Shown: positions 25,826-36,270 of the stretch, piece after piece | Layout: the number at the start of each line of letters is the position of its first letter | Numbering within the stretch: the first letter of the stretch is position 1 | Origin: a virus | Direction: 5' to 3' (one strand) | IMG/VR virus record: IMGVR_UViG_3300042566_002057 | Coordinates: 1-64,000 of that record | Length of the DNA stretch: 64,000 bases | Program-made: the position numbers and the translations under genes | The notes under the pieces: model-generated | The model's input: the letters and a program-made list of their open reading frames with translations, nothing else | The model's database searches: none | Told to the model about the DNA's origin: nothing

Positions 25826-28285
25826 TTACCTAATCTCAATTTTTATTACAGATGTTGTTAGACTACTGTTTCTGATGTATATATAGTATAATCCAGTCGA
25901 ATTTTTTAATTCTTCGATTAAAAAGCTGTTTATTCCAGGTTTTACATCAATTATTTTGTTAAAAATTTGTGAACCCTTAGTGTCATTGATTATAACCTCA
26001 CTTTCACCGAGCAAATTTTTATCATTTAATATCACTTGAAAATCTCCCGTGCTTGGATTTGGAAATATTGAAAAATAACCCTTTGTATTTCCATTACAAA
26101 TAACATTTATTGGTCCATACTCTTTGAGTTGTCCGTCAATGTCATATTGAATTAGTTTGTAATAATTATTCCCGTCAATTGCGTTCCCGTCTTTTGTGTT
26201 ATATGTTAATTCTTGAGTTGAGTTGCCAGCAGATTCCAAAGTTGTTAATGACGACCAATTTTCACCATCTCTTGATTTTACAACTTCAAAATAGTCTGAG
26301 TTATGTTCGGTTGCCGTTTTCCACTCTAAAGATATGATATTATTATTACAAGTTCCGTCAAATGATAATAATTCCACAGGTAATGCTCCGTTTGTAATTA
26401 TATTAAAAAATCTAACTTGAGTTCCACAGTTTGATGAATTTGAAACTGTAGCTCTAACAGACCCATCGGTTGTTGTTTGAGGCCAATAAAAAGATATTGA
26501 TGGTGTGTTAGAGTTTGGTATGTTATTCCATAAAGGTGCTGTAACTGACTCTGTATATGCCCATTGATAATTTGCGTTTGGAACAGGTGTTATTGAATAT
26601 GTTTCTTGTGTTCCTGCAATAATTGTATTGTTCCCCGACACTGTAGAAACAAATCCAACTGAAGGGTTTACGGTTATTGTTGTTGATGTTGCATTTGAAC
26701 AACCGTTTGATGATACTGTTAGTGTGTATGTTTGATTGGTTGTTGGTGAAGCAAAAGGACTTGGTGCGTTTGGATTTGTTAGTCCTGTAGATGGAGACCA
26801 TGAGTAAGTCACTGGTGATCCCCCATTATTCCCCACTGATGAAATCAATTGTGTGTTAGATCCCGAACAAATTGTGTTTGTTACTGAACTCACCGAAACC
26901 GTTGGTGTTGGGTTAACGGTAACCGCAGTCGAGACACATCCATTACTAAAAAGACCTCCGTTGAAATTTCTAGCATTATAAGTAGTGGTTGTGGTAGGAG
27001 ACACCGTGATGGAATTTCCTACACCAATCTGAGTTACACCACATCCATTAATATACCAATAAACCGTTCCAACGGCTCCATTCGCAGTTAAAGTGGTTGA
27101 TCCTCCCGAACAGATTGGATTACTTGACTGCGTGATTGATGTTGGTGAAGGAGGTGGTGGTGTAGCACAAGTTAATGCAATTGAAAATGGACTTGTAGTG
27201 CTATACCCATGAACTAATATGTAATAATTTACTCCTACCGATGAATTCCAAGTATAAGACGCAGATGATGAAGAACATATTGGGCCCCAATCATCATTTC
27301 CACCAACACAAGTTAGTGATGAACAATTAGGACCACTAAATACCGATATTTTACTATCCCATGCGGTTGCACATAAGTTAGCACTCATGTTTTGACCATT
27401 TCCTGCAACCATATACCAAACACCACCAGTTGTTTGACTAACACCACAAAAACCCCCCATTTCACCTGTCCCTGTAGTTGTTGAGTTTACGGTAGTTCCG
27501 GCGATTGATTGTCCACATACTATTGGTGTTGCGTTACAGACTAAATCATTTACGGGTGCTGCAGGTGCAGAACAAGAAAGACATTCAATCGTTGTTGTCC
27601 CACAAGATGACGCAGTTCCACATGATGAATTAGTATTGTAGTGAATATAATAAGTTCCCGACACAGGAGCAGTCCATGTTAAAGGTGAAAAACCTGCAGC
27701 AACCACAGTTCCATTGTATGATGTGTGTCTAACCGTTATATAACCACCTAAATTATATGTCGATCTATATTGTCTTCCCGAAACAACACTAAAAATGGTA
27801 TTATACTCTGATTGAAAGGTGCAAGTGCTAATTGTTTGAGCACCCGGTATAGATGGTGCGGTTAACGACCCATAAGAATATATATTAACACATCCTCCAC
27901 CACCACCTCCACCAGAACACGAAGCAATACAAGTGTTTCCACCAAAACTTGCTGATCCTGTGGTTGGTTGTATGGTATTTAATAGAATTGTCCCTGTGTT
28001 ATTTCTGATTTGAACTCTCATTTCTGAAGGCCAAGATCCTGACAATGTTCTCCAAACTCTAATTGTTTGCCCACTACTTGCCGTAAAATTAAATATTGTT
28101 GGTCCATAACCTGATGATAAAGTTATATTATTTAACACAGTCAATCCATTTACACTAACAGAAACATAACCACCGTTCCAACCATCACCATAAGTGTCTG
28201 TTAAATAAATTTGATGTGTGCAAGATTGTGATAAAGTGACGAAACTTGCAAAAAAAACAAAAATTGATAATAATAAATTCTTCAT
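25826..28285 (-). CDS. large secreted protein with T9SS type A C-terminal domain
   Basis: Signal peptide; Ig-like repeats; LPVELLSF...WKTATEHNSDYF; IFPNPS...GLYYI...KIEIR. Confidence 0.88.
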   Translation of the reverse strand: MKNLLLSIFVFFASFVTLSQSCTHQIYLTDTYGDGWNGGYVSVSVNGLTVLNNITLSSGYGPTIFNFTASSGQTIRVWRTLSGSWPSEMRVQIRNNTGTILLNTIQPTTGSASFGGNTCIASCSGGGGGGGCVNIYSYGSLTAPSIPGAQTISTCTFQSEYNTIFSVVSGRQYRSTYNLGGYITVRHTSYNGTVVAAGFSPLTWTAPVSGTYYIHYNTNSSCGTASSCGTTTIECLSCSAPAAPVNDLVCNATPIVCGQSIAGTTVNSTTTGTGEMGGFCGVSQTTGGVWYMVAGNGQNMSANLCATAWDSKISVFSGPNCSSLTCVGGNDDWGPICSSSSASYTWNSSVGVNYYILVHGYSTTSPFSIALTCATPPPPSPTSITQSSNPICSGGSTTLTANGAVGTVYWYINGCGVTQIGVGNSITVSPTTTTTYNARNFNGGLFSNGCVSTAVTVNPTPTVSVSSVTNTICSGSNTQLISSVGNNGGSPVTYSWSPSTGLTNPNAPSPFASPTTNQTYTLTVSSNGCSNATSTTITVNPSVGFVSTVSGNNTIIAGTQETYSITPVPNANYQWAYTESVTAPLWNNIPNSNTPSISFYWPQTTTDGSVRATVSNSSNCGTQVRFFNIITNGALPVELLSFDGTCNNNIISLEWKTATEHNSDYFEVVKSRDGENWSSLTTLESAGNSTQELTYNTKDGNAIDGNNYYKLIQYDIDGQLKEYGPINVICNGNTKGYFSIFPNPSTGDFQVILNDKNLLGESEVIINDTKGSQIFNKIIDVKPGINSFLIEELKNSTGLYYIYIRNSSLTTSVIKIEIR

Positions 28286-28492
28286 TGCATATAAAATTAA
28301 AACACATTAATTATTATACTCACTTGAAGAATCCTAATTAGAAACCCCCATCTACCATGGGCCGGTCGAGTTTAGTTATACCAGGCATAACAATATATAT
28401 ATTATGATTATCTAAATTTTATCAGTGATTATAAGAGCACATTATTATATACTGTATTTATTTTATAATTTGATGAGATTCGTTGAATATTT

Positions 28493-30727
28493 TTACTCGT
28501 AAAGAGGATATTTAGGTAAATAAAGTCTTGTTGTTGCGTTATCTGCTAAAACTAAATATTTAGAATCATCTCTAACAATATATTGATTTAGTTGTTTAGT
28601 ATGTTCTTTTTCTGGAATTAACTCAGCGAATAATCTAACATTAGTGATTTTCATATCAGAACCTAAAATTTGTGCTGTGAATCCTCTAGCCTCAAAGTTT
28701 ATAGGTGTTATTGATTGTTCATTTTTATATAACATTTTCAATATTGTATTAGGTAAATCAGCTGCGTCTTCTTCATCATCAACATTTCGCTTGTAGATGT
28801 ATTGGTTCATTTTACCGTTTCTTTGGTCTATATTACAGATATAACCATGCCACACCTCTTCATTAAGAGCAGTTGTAGTATTTGTAGGTTGATTATATAA
28901 ATGGAAACTGTAAGTATCTGAGTTCATTGTTACAATTACTTCATCATTTCTTAAATCAATTTTAAATCCTTTTTGTATATTTTCATCATAGAAATTAATA
29001 AAGTTATAAAGTTCATCCTGTATGTAATTATTGATGTTAAACCATAATTGGAATCCAATATTATTAGTTTCATTAATTAAAGACCATAAGTTTTTATAAA
29101 TAACTCCTGGACTTCTATACTCAACTGATGCCATATCATAGTGAGATTTAGCAATAATTGTTGATGAGTTTTCAACCAATTCTTTATCAATTTGTACTTT
29201 ATACTCTAATCTAATAGGATCTCGTGTAAGTGGTTGAAATTGTGGTTTGTTTGCGATAGCATTTTTCTGATCATTTATTTCATTACCAAATAGTTCTTCA
29301 ATAGTAGTGTTTTTAGTAAGCTCATCAATTTTATTTCTAATTTCAATATTATCAGCAATAACATTTGCTTTCTGAGTAAATTTCTTCAATATCAATTTAT
29401 AATAAACAGCTGAGTTATTAAAGTTCCTAAATTGTTGAGCATGGTCAACTTGATACATTCTATTAACATCACAGAAATAAAGAAAATCTTCTTTTGATGG
29501 TCTTCTTTGTATACCAAATACTTCCTTAAATGATTGTTTAGTTATGTGCGCTTCCATAGTCTCAAATAAGTTAAGATCAAATTGATTCATAACAATCTGA
29601 GAATCTGGAAAATTATTACCATTAATTGAAACTTTAATTTCAGCCTCACATACTACGTTATAAAGAGCGTACTCGTTTAATATGTGATCCTGTCCTTTCT
29701 TATCAGGGTCAGTACAAAAGTATTTGACTTTATGACCAAATATTTGTTGAGCGTCAGTACTCAATTTAGTTAAAAGATTTATAGCTGTATTTTGTTGATA
29801 CGGATTATAAAGTTGAGCTTTTTCATCTGTTGACATTTGTGGAAGATTTGATTGTCCTGGTGGACAAGCGGCACCCCCAGATTGATTCATATTAGTATTT
29901 GGTACGAAATTCCCATTAGCGTCATATGTACCAAGCATGTTTGATTGACAACATTCTCTTATACCAAAAAGGTTAGTTTTTTTATAGTCGTTTGTTATAT
30001 TCTGAAAATCACCAATCAAGTTTATATCTTGAATTCTTACATCTTGATTTGACTCATTCTCTATAAGGTATTCAATCTGAAAAAATCTTATAGGTGATAT
30101 TCTTTTTGATACTATATTTCCTCTATTAAACTTTTCCCATTCAGACCAAGTTCTTGTTGAGTCTTGTGAATATCTATATTTTATTGTACATCCTTCTGGA
30201 ATACCAGTTGGTGATATTATTTCAATATCAGTTATGTTAAATATTTTAAGAATGTATGGAGGTCTTATTACCTTCATCTCACCGGAACCGATAGTTACAT
30301 TACTACCATCATCAACTAAATCTCTTTCTAATTCTCCATCAAGACTATATCTTATTAGTCTAATTTCTCCTCCGCCTTCTGATCCACCTCTTACCCATTT
30401 TACTTCTAAATAAAGTGGATCTTTGGTATCTACTAGTGGAAAGTTGTCAACAAAAAGACCTAAAGTCAACCAATCAGTCCAGACATTTCCATTTCTTGAA
30501 ATTCTGTAAAATGTAGTTAAATATCTATTTGGACTAAAATTAAGACCTTCATAATAAAATTTTGTAAGTTTTTTTATATTTTGTAAATCTGGAAAACTCA
30601 AAATATACTCATCTCCCGGATTTCTTAAATAAGGTGCACTATTAACATCACTTTCAGGAAGTGTATAGTCAAACTTATCGGAGATATTAAAAATCCCATC
30701 AGAATAATTGTAATCAACATTATACAT
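28493..30727 (-). CDS. phage structural protein (possible neck/baseplate-related)
   Basis: 744 aa; central region loosely like myovirus neck proteins (FG...Y...D.ILNEY; RPSKEDFLYF); upstream AATATATA. Confidence 0.55.
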   Translation of the reverse strand: MYNVDYNYSDGIFNISDKFDYTLPESDVNSAPYLRNPGDEYILSFPDLQNIKKLTKFYYEGLNFSPNRYLTTFYRISRNGNVWTDWLTLGLFVDNFPLVDTKDPLYLEVKWVRGGSEGGGEIRLIRYSLDGELERDLVDDGSNVTIGSGEMKVIRPPYILKIFNITDIEIISPTGIPEGCTIKYRYSQDSTRTWSEWEKFNRGNIVSKRISPIRFFQIEYLIENESNQDVRIQDINLIGDFQNITNDYKKTNLFGIRECCQSNMLGTYDANGNFVPNTNMNQSGGAACPPGQSNLPQMSTDEKAQLYNPYQQNTAINLLTKLSTDAQQIFGHKVKYFCTDPDKKGQDHILNEYALYNVVCEAEIKVSINGNNFPDSQIVMNQFDLNLFETMEAHITKQSFKEVFGIQRRPSKEDFLYFCDVNRMYQVDHAQQFRNFNNSAVYYKLILKKFTQKANVIADNIEIRNKIDELTKNTTIEELFGNEINDQKNAIANKPQFQPLTRDPIRLEYKVQIDKELVENSSTIIAKSHYDMASVEYRSPGVIYKNLWSLINETNNIGFQLWFNINNYIQDELYNFINFYDENIQKGFKIDLRNDEVIVTMNSDTYSFHLYNQPTNTTTALNEEVWHGYICNIDQRNGKMNQYIYKRNVDDEEDAADLPNTILKMLYKNEQSITPINFEARGFTAQILGSDMKITNVRLFAELIPEKEHTKQLNQYIVRDDSKYLVLADNATTRLYLPKYPLYE

Positions 30728-30847
30728 ACGAATTTATATATTAAAAAACAAAGGGCATTTACAATTTTTTTATTCACAAATTTGTATTTATTCTAAATAG
30801 TCCTTATATTTGTAATGTTAAAAGTATAAAAGACAAAAATAAATACG

Positions 30848-32101
30848 ATGAATATAAAAGAAACATTCTTAAAACTAACAAATCGTACATATCCACACGG
30901 TACAGAAGGAAAATTATTTCCTTATTTGTATTCCGAAATTGAAGGTCTACAAGTCGATGAATTTGGAAACTTATTCGTAAAAGTAGGTGAAAGTGATGTT
31001 ATGTTCACTTCTCACTTAGATACAGCAACTTCTGCAAATACTGAAGTAAATCACGTATTTGATGGTAACATTATAAAAACTGATGGTAAATCTATTCTTG
31101 GTGCTGACGATAAAGCAGGTGTAACAGTGATGATGTATATGATTAAAAATCAAGTACCAGGACTTTACTACTTTTTCTTAGGTGAAGAAGTCGGATGTGT
31201 TGGTTCTAAAAAAGTAGCAGCTGCTCAGAAAGAAACTAAAATTGAAGGTATCAATAAAGTAATTTCGTTTGACCGTAGAAATACTAAATCAGTAATTACC
31301 TATCAAAGTTCTCAACGATGTGCTTCTGATGCATTCGGTCGAGCATTGGCTGGAGAATTAAATAGAGCAAACGACTCATTTGAATATGAAATTGACCCAA
31401 CTGGTGTATTAACTGACTCTGTTCAATTTATTAAGATTTATGCAGAGTGTACTAACATTTCAGTTGGTTATCAATCAGAACACACTTTTTCAGAGTCGCA
31501 AGATATTGACCACTTAGAAAAATTGGCAGTGGCTTGTACTAAAGTAGACTGGATTGGATTACCTGTTGAAAGAGATCCTTCTAAAGTTGAATACCGAAGC
31601 TACGGTGGTTACGGTGGTGGTTGGGATTGGGAAGATGATTACGCTTACTCTAATCGATACAAAAACTATAAAGGTAATAGTTGGAATAGTTGGAATGGTT
31701 GGGATAAGTCACCAGCTGCTAAGAAGAAAGAAAATGAGAAGATTTGGTTCCAAGACAAAACATATAACTATGTTTCTCAAGTGACATTAGATCCATATAC
31801 TAAGAAATATGTTAGTGTTGACTTATGTAAAGACCGAATCTTATTTGAGAAGATTTTAATTGATAAGTTATTAACATCACTTGATTTGAGTTTTATTTCA
31901 ACTACTTGGGATGGATTTAAACTTAAAGTCAACTACACTGATAATCATTCTTCTGAATGTGACCGTAATGATTTGATTGAATATCTACCAGAGTTAGACT
32001 ATAAGAAACTAGATGATGATTTAGATAACTCAAAATTTAATAGTAACTCTAACAATTATGACTATGACTATGGAGACTGGTGTGACTCATTCTACGATTA
32101 A
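30848..32101 (+). CDS. M28/M20-family metallopeptidase
   Basis: SHLDT, LGADDKAG, GEEVG, SFDR and NISVGY..EH motifs. Confidence 0.85.
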   Translation: MNIKETFLKLTNRTYPHGTEGKLFPYLYSEIEGLQVDEFGNLFVKVGESDVMFTSHLDTATSANTEVNHVFDGNIIKTDGKSILGADDKAGVTVMMYMIKNQVPGLYYFFLGEEVGCVGSKKVAAAQKETKIEGINKVISFDRRNTKSVITYQSSQRCASDAFGRALAGELNRANDSFEYEIDPTGVLTDSVQFIKIYAECTNISVGYQSEHTFSESQDIDHLEKLAVACTKVDWIGLPVERDPSKVEYRSYGGYGGGWDWEDDYAYSNRYKNYKGNSWNSWNGWDKSPAAKKKENEKIWFQDKTYNYVSQVTLDPYTKKYVSVDLCKDRILFEKILIDKLLTSLDLSFISTTWDGFKLKVNYTDNHSSECDRNDLIEYLPELDYKKLDDDLDNSKFNSNSNNYDYDYGDWCDSFYD

Positions 32102-32261
32102 TAAAAAGAGTCCTAATTTAGGACTCTTTTCTTCTATAAATAAATATAATAGAAAACAAAGACTCAAGGCTGTTCTTTTTCAACAACTAAATGATGCTGT
32201 AGATAGACGAGATACTAAAAGAATTGAAACGATTTGTAAACGATATTTTAAAATTGATAAA

Positions 32262-32409
32262 AATGGAAATTGGAAAAATGACAATATCTGAGGCACTTCC
32301 TCATTTACAAGCTATAGCATCCGTTTATGGCTTAAGACTAAACAGAGTAAAAGAATTTAAGTTAGCTAGAGTAATTTTGGCTAATCTTTACTGTAGAGAA
32401 GTAGTATAA
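32262..32409 (+). CDS. small hypothetical protein
   Basis: MEIGKMTISEALPHLQ... within the 32224..32409 ORF; start uncertain. Confidence 0.5.
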
Positions 32410-32427
32410 TAAAAAAATAAATAAATT

Positions 32428-32862
32428 ATGACTTTTGAGGATAAAGTAAAATATTTTAATGTAGTGAAAAACTATAAACGAATGGCTTCTAATTTAGTAA
32501 GTGAAATATCATCTTATGAAAATTGGTCTGATGAATTTTGTAGAAAACAAGTAAAAGAACTTTACGCTAAATTGGTTGAAAAGTTTGATGGAGTTGATTT
32601 CACAGAATTCACTGTTGAGGAATTAAAACAATTAGACTTTCAACTTTGGGATGAAAATACAATCTTAATGCCAGTTTGGGCATTAGATTGCTTAATTGAT
32701 GGTACCAAAGTCGTAAGTATTGATGGTCAAGAAATAACTTTTGATAAATCAAAAGGTTTAGATAAAGATACGAGATTCGGTTGTACCGCTTATGGTTTTA
32801 CTTTATCACAACTAAGAGACTCTGCTATTGAGAACATTTTAGAAAAAGGTGAAGAAGAGTAA
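32428..32862 (+). CDS. hypothetical protein
   Basis: 144 aa; C-terminal LRDSAIENIL motif. Confidence 0.7.
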   Translation: MTFEDKVKYFNVVKNYKRMASNLVSEISSYENWSDEFCRKQVKELYAKLVEKFDGVDFTEFTVEELKQLDFQLWDENTILMPVWALDCLIDGTKVVSIDGQEITFDKSKGLDKDTRFGCTAYGFTLSQLRDSAIENILEKGEEE

Positions 32863-33403
32863 ATATAAAATAGCAATTTTTATATCAGGTAAAGGTTCTA
32901 ACGCTAAAAAACTGGTTGAGTATTTTAGAGAACATAATGATATAGAAGTTGCTATTATTGTTTCAAATAAACCAAACATTGATATTGAAAATCTTTGTTT
33001 ATCAAATGGAGTAGATTATATTGAAACCTCAGAAGTGATTGATATAATCGAAAATAAAAATATTGATTTAATAGTTCTTGCTGGTTACTTAAAGTTAATA
33101 CCTAATGAACTAATATCTATATTTACAAATCGTATAATTAATATACACCCATCACTTCTTCCAAAGTTTGGTGGTAAAGGTATGTATGGTAGAAAAGTAC
33201 ATCAGTCAGTAATTGAGTCTGGTGAAAAAGAATCTGGTATAACAATTCACTATGTTAATCAAAACTATGATGAAGGTGAAATTATTAAACAGATAAAAAT
33301 CAAACTTTCGGATTCTGAAACTCCTGATACTTTAGAATCCAAAATACACGATATTGAACTAGAAAATTTCCCTAAGATTATTGAACAAATTTTATGCAAA
33401 TAG
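32849..33403 (+). CDS. purN: phosphoribosylglycinamide formyltransferase
   Basis: SGKGSN, LAGYLK, INIHPSLLPKFGGKGMYG, SGITIH and YDEG motifs. Confidence 0.93.
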   Translation: MKKSKYKIAIFISGKGSNAKKLVEYFREHNDIEVAIIVSNKPNIDIENLCLSNGVDYIETSEVIDIIENKNIDLIVLAGYLKLIPNELISIFTNRIINIHPSLLPKFGGKGMYGRKVHQSVIESGEKESGITIHYVNQNYDEGEIIKQIKIKLSDSETPDTLESKIHDIELENFPKIIEQILCK

Positions 33404-33801
33404 AAGTATTAAAATTAGGTTATATTATACCAAAAGTTGTTGGTGGTAATATAGATAGAGAAAAAGAAACTATTATGATTGTCTATAATGGTGGTCCTAT
33501 CTTCGATCACTATGTTTCAATTCTAAAAGAAAAATGTGGTGATGAATACAAGTTTTTAAAAACTGACAAAAATATCATAGGTGGTCCACTTAGATACATA
33601 CCTGGTAATATTGATAATAGACTATTTGGTGAATTAGATGATAATTTGGTGGTAGGAATGTCATTTGCAGTTGGAAGTTGGCACAGTTCGATTGTCCAAA
33701 AAATCATAAATAAAAACATAGCTATTACAAATAATTCTGTTTATGCTATTCACAATATTTCTGAATTTAGAAATAAAAAAATACAAGATTTAGGTTTGTA
33801 A
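33394..33801 (+). CDS. hypothetical protein
   Basis: 135 aa; C-terminal FRNKKIQDLGL. Confidence 0.65.
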   Translation: MQIEVLKLGYIIPKVVGGNIDREKETIMIVYNGGPIFDHYVSILKEKCGDEYKFLKTDKNIIGGPLRYIPGNIDNRLFGELDDNLVVGMSFAVGSWHSSIVQKIINKNIAITNNSVYAIHNISEFRNKKIQDLGL

Positions 33802-33835
33802 ATATTCTCATCTTAAAACTATAATATATAGTATT

Positions 33836-35218
33836 ATGAGATATCTTAAGACTTTTGAGGGTATTGTACCGGTAAGACCTGGTACTAACAAAGAATATAG
33901 AATTCAGAATCTACCACATAAGGGAGAACCTATTGAGGATGATAATAATATCTCTATAATGCAACAAGATTGGTTTGAAAAATTACTACCAGATACTCTT
34001 TATATTGTATCTGATCCAAAATTGAGTAAATTAAACTTCGACCAATCATTAACTCCAGTTCCAAAAGGAGAATATGCCTTCGATAAAAATGATTGTACCA
34101 TAGATAATGGATTAGTTCAATTTAATTATTGGTATGATCCAAGATTACATCCAGGTACTGAGTTAGAAGATGGTGAACCATCTTGTATTGAATTTGATAT
34201 TCATTTCTCAAAAAATGATAGTGGATTTAAATTAATTGTTGATATAACTTATGGTGATCATAAAGCAACTGAATTTACAATTGAAGCTCCAAATAAGATT
34301 AATGTTGTTCACTATACTGGTGTTGATTCTAAATACGATGACTCTACACACTGGGGATTCAAAGATGAATCTATAAAAGATTTAGTGAAATTCTTTAATG
34401 CTTTTAATCATGGTATACAAATACAACCTGAAGATTTATCATTTATTGATGAGCATTTTGATAGTTATAAACACGATATACATAATCAAGATCATCTTTA
34501 TACAGATGAATCTGATTTAATTGAGTTTGGTAATTCAGTGAAAGAATCAAATGATTCTGATATATTTTTGATTATTAATAATGCTAAACCACCTCAGTAT
34601 AAATATTATCCAAAAGTAGTTAAGTATTTAACTATTAAAAATTTACCATTTAGAGTGGCTACTACACCTGAAGAAGTAGAAAAATATAATTCAGAATATA
34701 ATATTATAGGTGCTTTTTCAACCGGTTCTGATTTTAGTATGACTAATCCAGATTCAACTTCTGAATATTCAACAAATGAAAAAGCGTTAGAAATATTAAG
34801 TTGTCCTATAATTTCTATGTGTTATGGTTTCCAATCAATGGCTAAGTTTTATGGTCAAGAAATAACAGGTGGAGACTTAAACTGTAATCAATTCTTACTA
34901 ACTGATTATGATGATTCACACTTCTTGTTTAGTGGAATTGATCTATCAACTCAGAAATTAAGTTTTTGTTTTCATGATTATCCAGTTAATGTACCTTCTG
35001 GTTTTAGAAATATTGCAATGTTAGGTGATGTTATTTCTGGAATATCAAACACATCAACCGAAAGATATGGTATACTTTTTCATCCTGAAGAATTAGAACA
35101 AACTTATATTATCTTAGATAATTTTGTAAATCATTGTTATTCTAAGGTAAGTTTTAATAAAGAAAGTGAGTTTATTCTACAAACTTATGAATCTTTTATT
35201 AATAAAATCAAAAAATAA
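33836..35218 (+). CDS. phage domain fused to a class I glutamine amidotransferase-like domain
   Basis: SMCYGFQ nucleophile elbow and FHPE; N-terminal MRYLKTFE motif. Confidence 0.75.
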   Translation: MRYLKTFEGIVPVRPGTNKEYRIQNLPHKGEPIEDDNNISIMQQDWFEKLLPDTLYIVSDPKLSKLNFDQSLTPVPKGEYAFDKNDCTIDNGLVQFNYWYDPRLHPGTELEDGEPSCIEFDIHFSKNDSGFKLIVDITYGDHKATEFTIEAPNKINVVHYTGVDSKYDDSTHWGFKDESIKDLVKFFNAFNHGIQIQPEDLSFIDEHFDSYKHDIHNQDHLYTDESDLIEFGNSVKESNDSDIFLIINNAKPPQYKYYPKVVKYLTIKNLPFRVATTPEEVEKYNSEYNIIGAFSTGSDFSMTNPDSTSEYSTNEKALEILSCPIISMCYGFQSMAKFYGQEITGGDLNCNQFLLTDYDDSHFLFSGIDLSTQKLSFCFHDYPVNVPSGFRNIAMLGDVISGISNTSTERYGILFHPEELEQTYIILDNFVNHCYSKVSFNKESEFILQTYESFINKIKK

Positions 35219-35309
35219 TTTGGTCAGATTGAAACTTATCTATATCTTTGTAGTATAAATCTGACAAATAATTAAAAAGAGAGTAATAATATTTAATATA
35301 TAAGAAATA

Positions 35310-35405
35310 ATGACAACAATTAACGTAAATATCGCACAAGTTAACCCGCAACCTCAGGATCAGGATCGTGAGAGAGTGGCTAACTATGTCTTTACAATAA
35401 GTTAA
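35310..35405 (+). CDS. attenuator leader peptide 7, MTTINVNIAQVNPQPQDQDRERVANYVFTIS (Gln/Pro/Asp)
   Basis: CCG CAA CCT CAG GAT CAG GAT; GTGGCTAACT 35376-35385 pairs with GGTTAGTCAC 35435-35444; promoter TTTG 35219 / TATCTTTG 35243. Confidence 0.9.
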   Translation: MTTINVNIAQVNPQPQDQDRERVANYVFTIS

Positions 35406-35427
35406 TGTTTAAGTTAAATAAATTTGT

Positions 35428-35463
35428 AAAACCCGGTTAGTCACAAACTAATCGGGTTTTTTT
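35428..35463 (+). terminator. attenuator terminator 7
   Basis: AAAACCCGGTTAGT-CACAA-ACTAATCGGGTTTT plus T-tract. Confidence 0.92.
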
Positions 35464-35465
35464 AT

Positions 35466-35538
35466 TGTCCTATGGTGTAATTGGCAACACGTCTGGTTTT
35501 GATCCAGAAGAGTTGAGGTTCGAGCCCTTGTGGGACAG
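35466..35538 (+). tRNA. tRNA-Gln(TTG)
   Basis: TCTGG-TTTTGAT-CCAGA; T1-A72. Confidence 0.9.
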
Positions 35539-35543
35539 CAAAA

Positions 35544-35617
35544 CGAGAAGTGACTAAGGTTTTAAGCACGGGCGGTCTGGAGCCGTCAGTTAGTGGGTTC
35601 GATTCCCACCTTCTCGA
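35544..35617 (+). tRNA. tRNA-Pro(TGG)
   Basis: GGCGG-TCTGGAG-CCGTC; C1-G72; A73. Confidence 0.75.
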
Positions 35618-35622
35618 CAAAT

Positions 35623-35695
35623 GGTCTATTGGTGAAATGGCTTATCATCCCATCCTGTCACGATGGAGTAGACGGATCGTAACCGTCATAGACCG
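35623..35695 (+). tRNA. tRNA-Asp(GTC)
   Basis: CCATC-CTGTCAC-GATGG; G73. Confidence 0.88.
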
Positions 35696-35759
35696 CACAA
35701 AGTAACTGTTTGGCGGTGAAAGTACTCTTTAGAGAATAGAGTAAAATAATTCTCAATAT

Positions 35760-35842
35760 TGTGGAGTCGGCTAATTGGCAGGCCACCTGACTTTGAATCA
35801 GGGAGATAACACTCAGTGTAGGTTCGAGTCCTACCTCCACAA
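35760..35842 (+). tRNA. tRNA-Gln(TTG) with long variable arm
   Basis: CCTGA-CTTTGAA-TCAGG. Confidence 0.82.
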
Positions 35843-35849
35843 CAAAAAA

Positions 35850-35937
35850 CTAGGTGTGTAGGCAATTGGAAGCCGACCTGATTTGGGGTCAGGAATGAAC
35901 ATAAAGTTCTATGTGGGTTCGAGTCCCACCACTTAGA
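35850..35937 (+). tRNA. tRNA-Pro(TGG) with long variable arm
   Basis: CCTGA-TTTGGGG-TCAGG; GAAC-ATAAA-GTTC variable hairpin. Confidence 0.82.
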
Positions 35938-35943
35938 CAAATT

Positions 35944-36016
35944 GGTCTATTGGTGAAATGGCTTATCATTCCATCCTGTCACGATGGAGTAGACGGATCG
36001 TAACCGTCATAGACCG
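35944..36016 (+). tRNA. tRNA-Asp(GTC), near-identical duplicate of 35623..35695
   Basis: One substitution relative to the first copy. Confidence 0.88.
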
Positions 36017-36042
36017 CAAAAATTTAGAAATTTAATATAAGT

Positions 36043-36270
36043 ATGTTTGGTTGGAGAAAAGAAATATCAAATTTAGAATGTGATATAATCGCAGTTGAAG
36101 GTTATTTATCAGGTCTAAATTATCGTCTTAACTCACTTGTAAATCTTAGTAATAATCCTGATTATAGAGGTGATTTAACAGATGAAATAAAAAGAGTTAG
36201 ATTAGAAATAGAAGAAAATGAGATTAAATTAAACGAATTAAGACTCAGATTGAATCCACCTTCCATCTGA
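36043..36270 (+). CDS. hypothetical coiled-coil protein
   Basis: 75 aa ORF. Confidence 0.55.
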   Translation: MFGWRKEISNLECDIIAVEGYLSGLNYRLNSLVNLSNNPDYRGDLTDEIKRVRLEIEENEIKLNELRLRLNPPSI

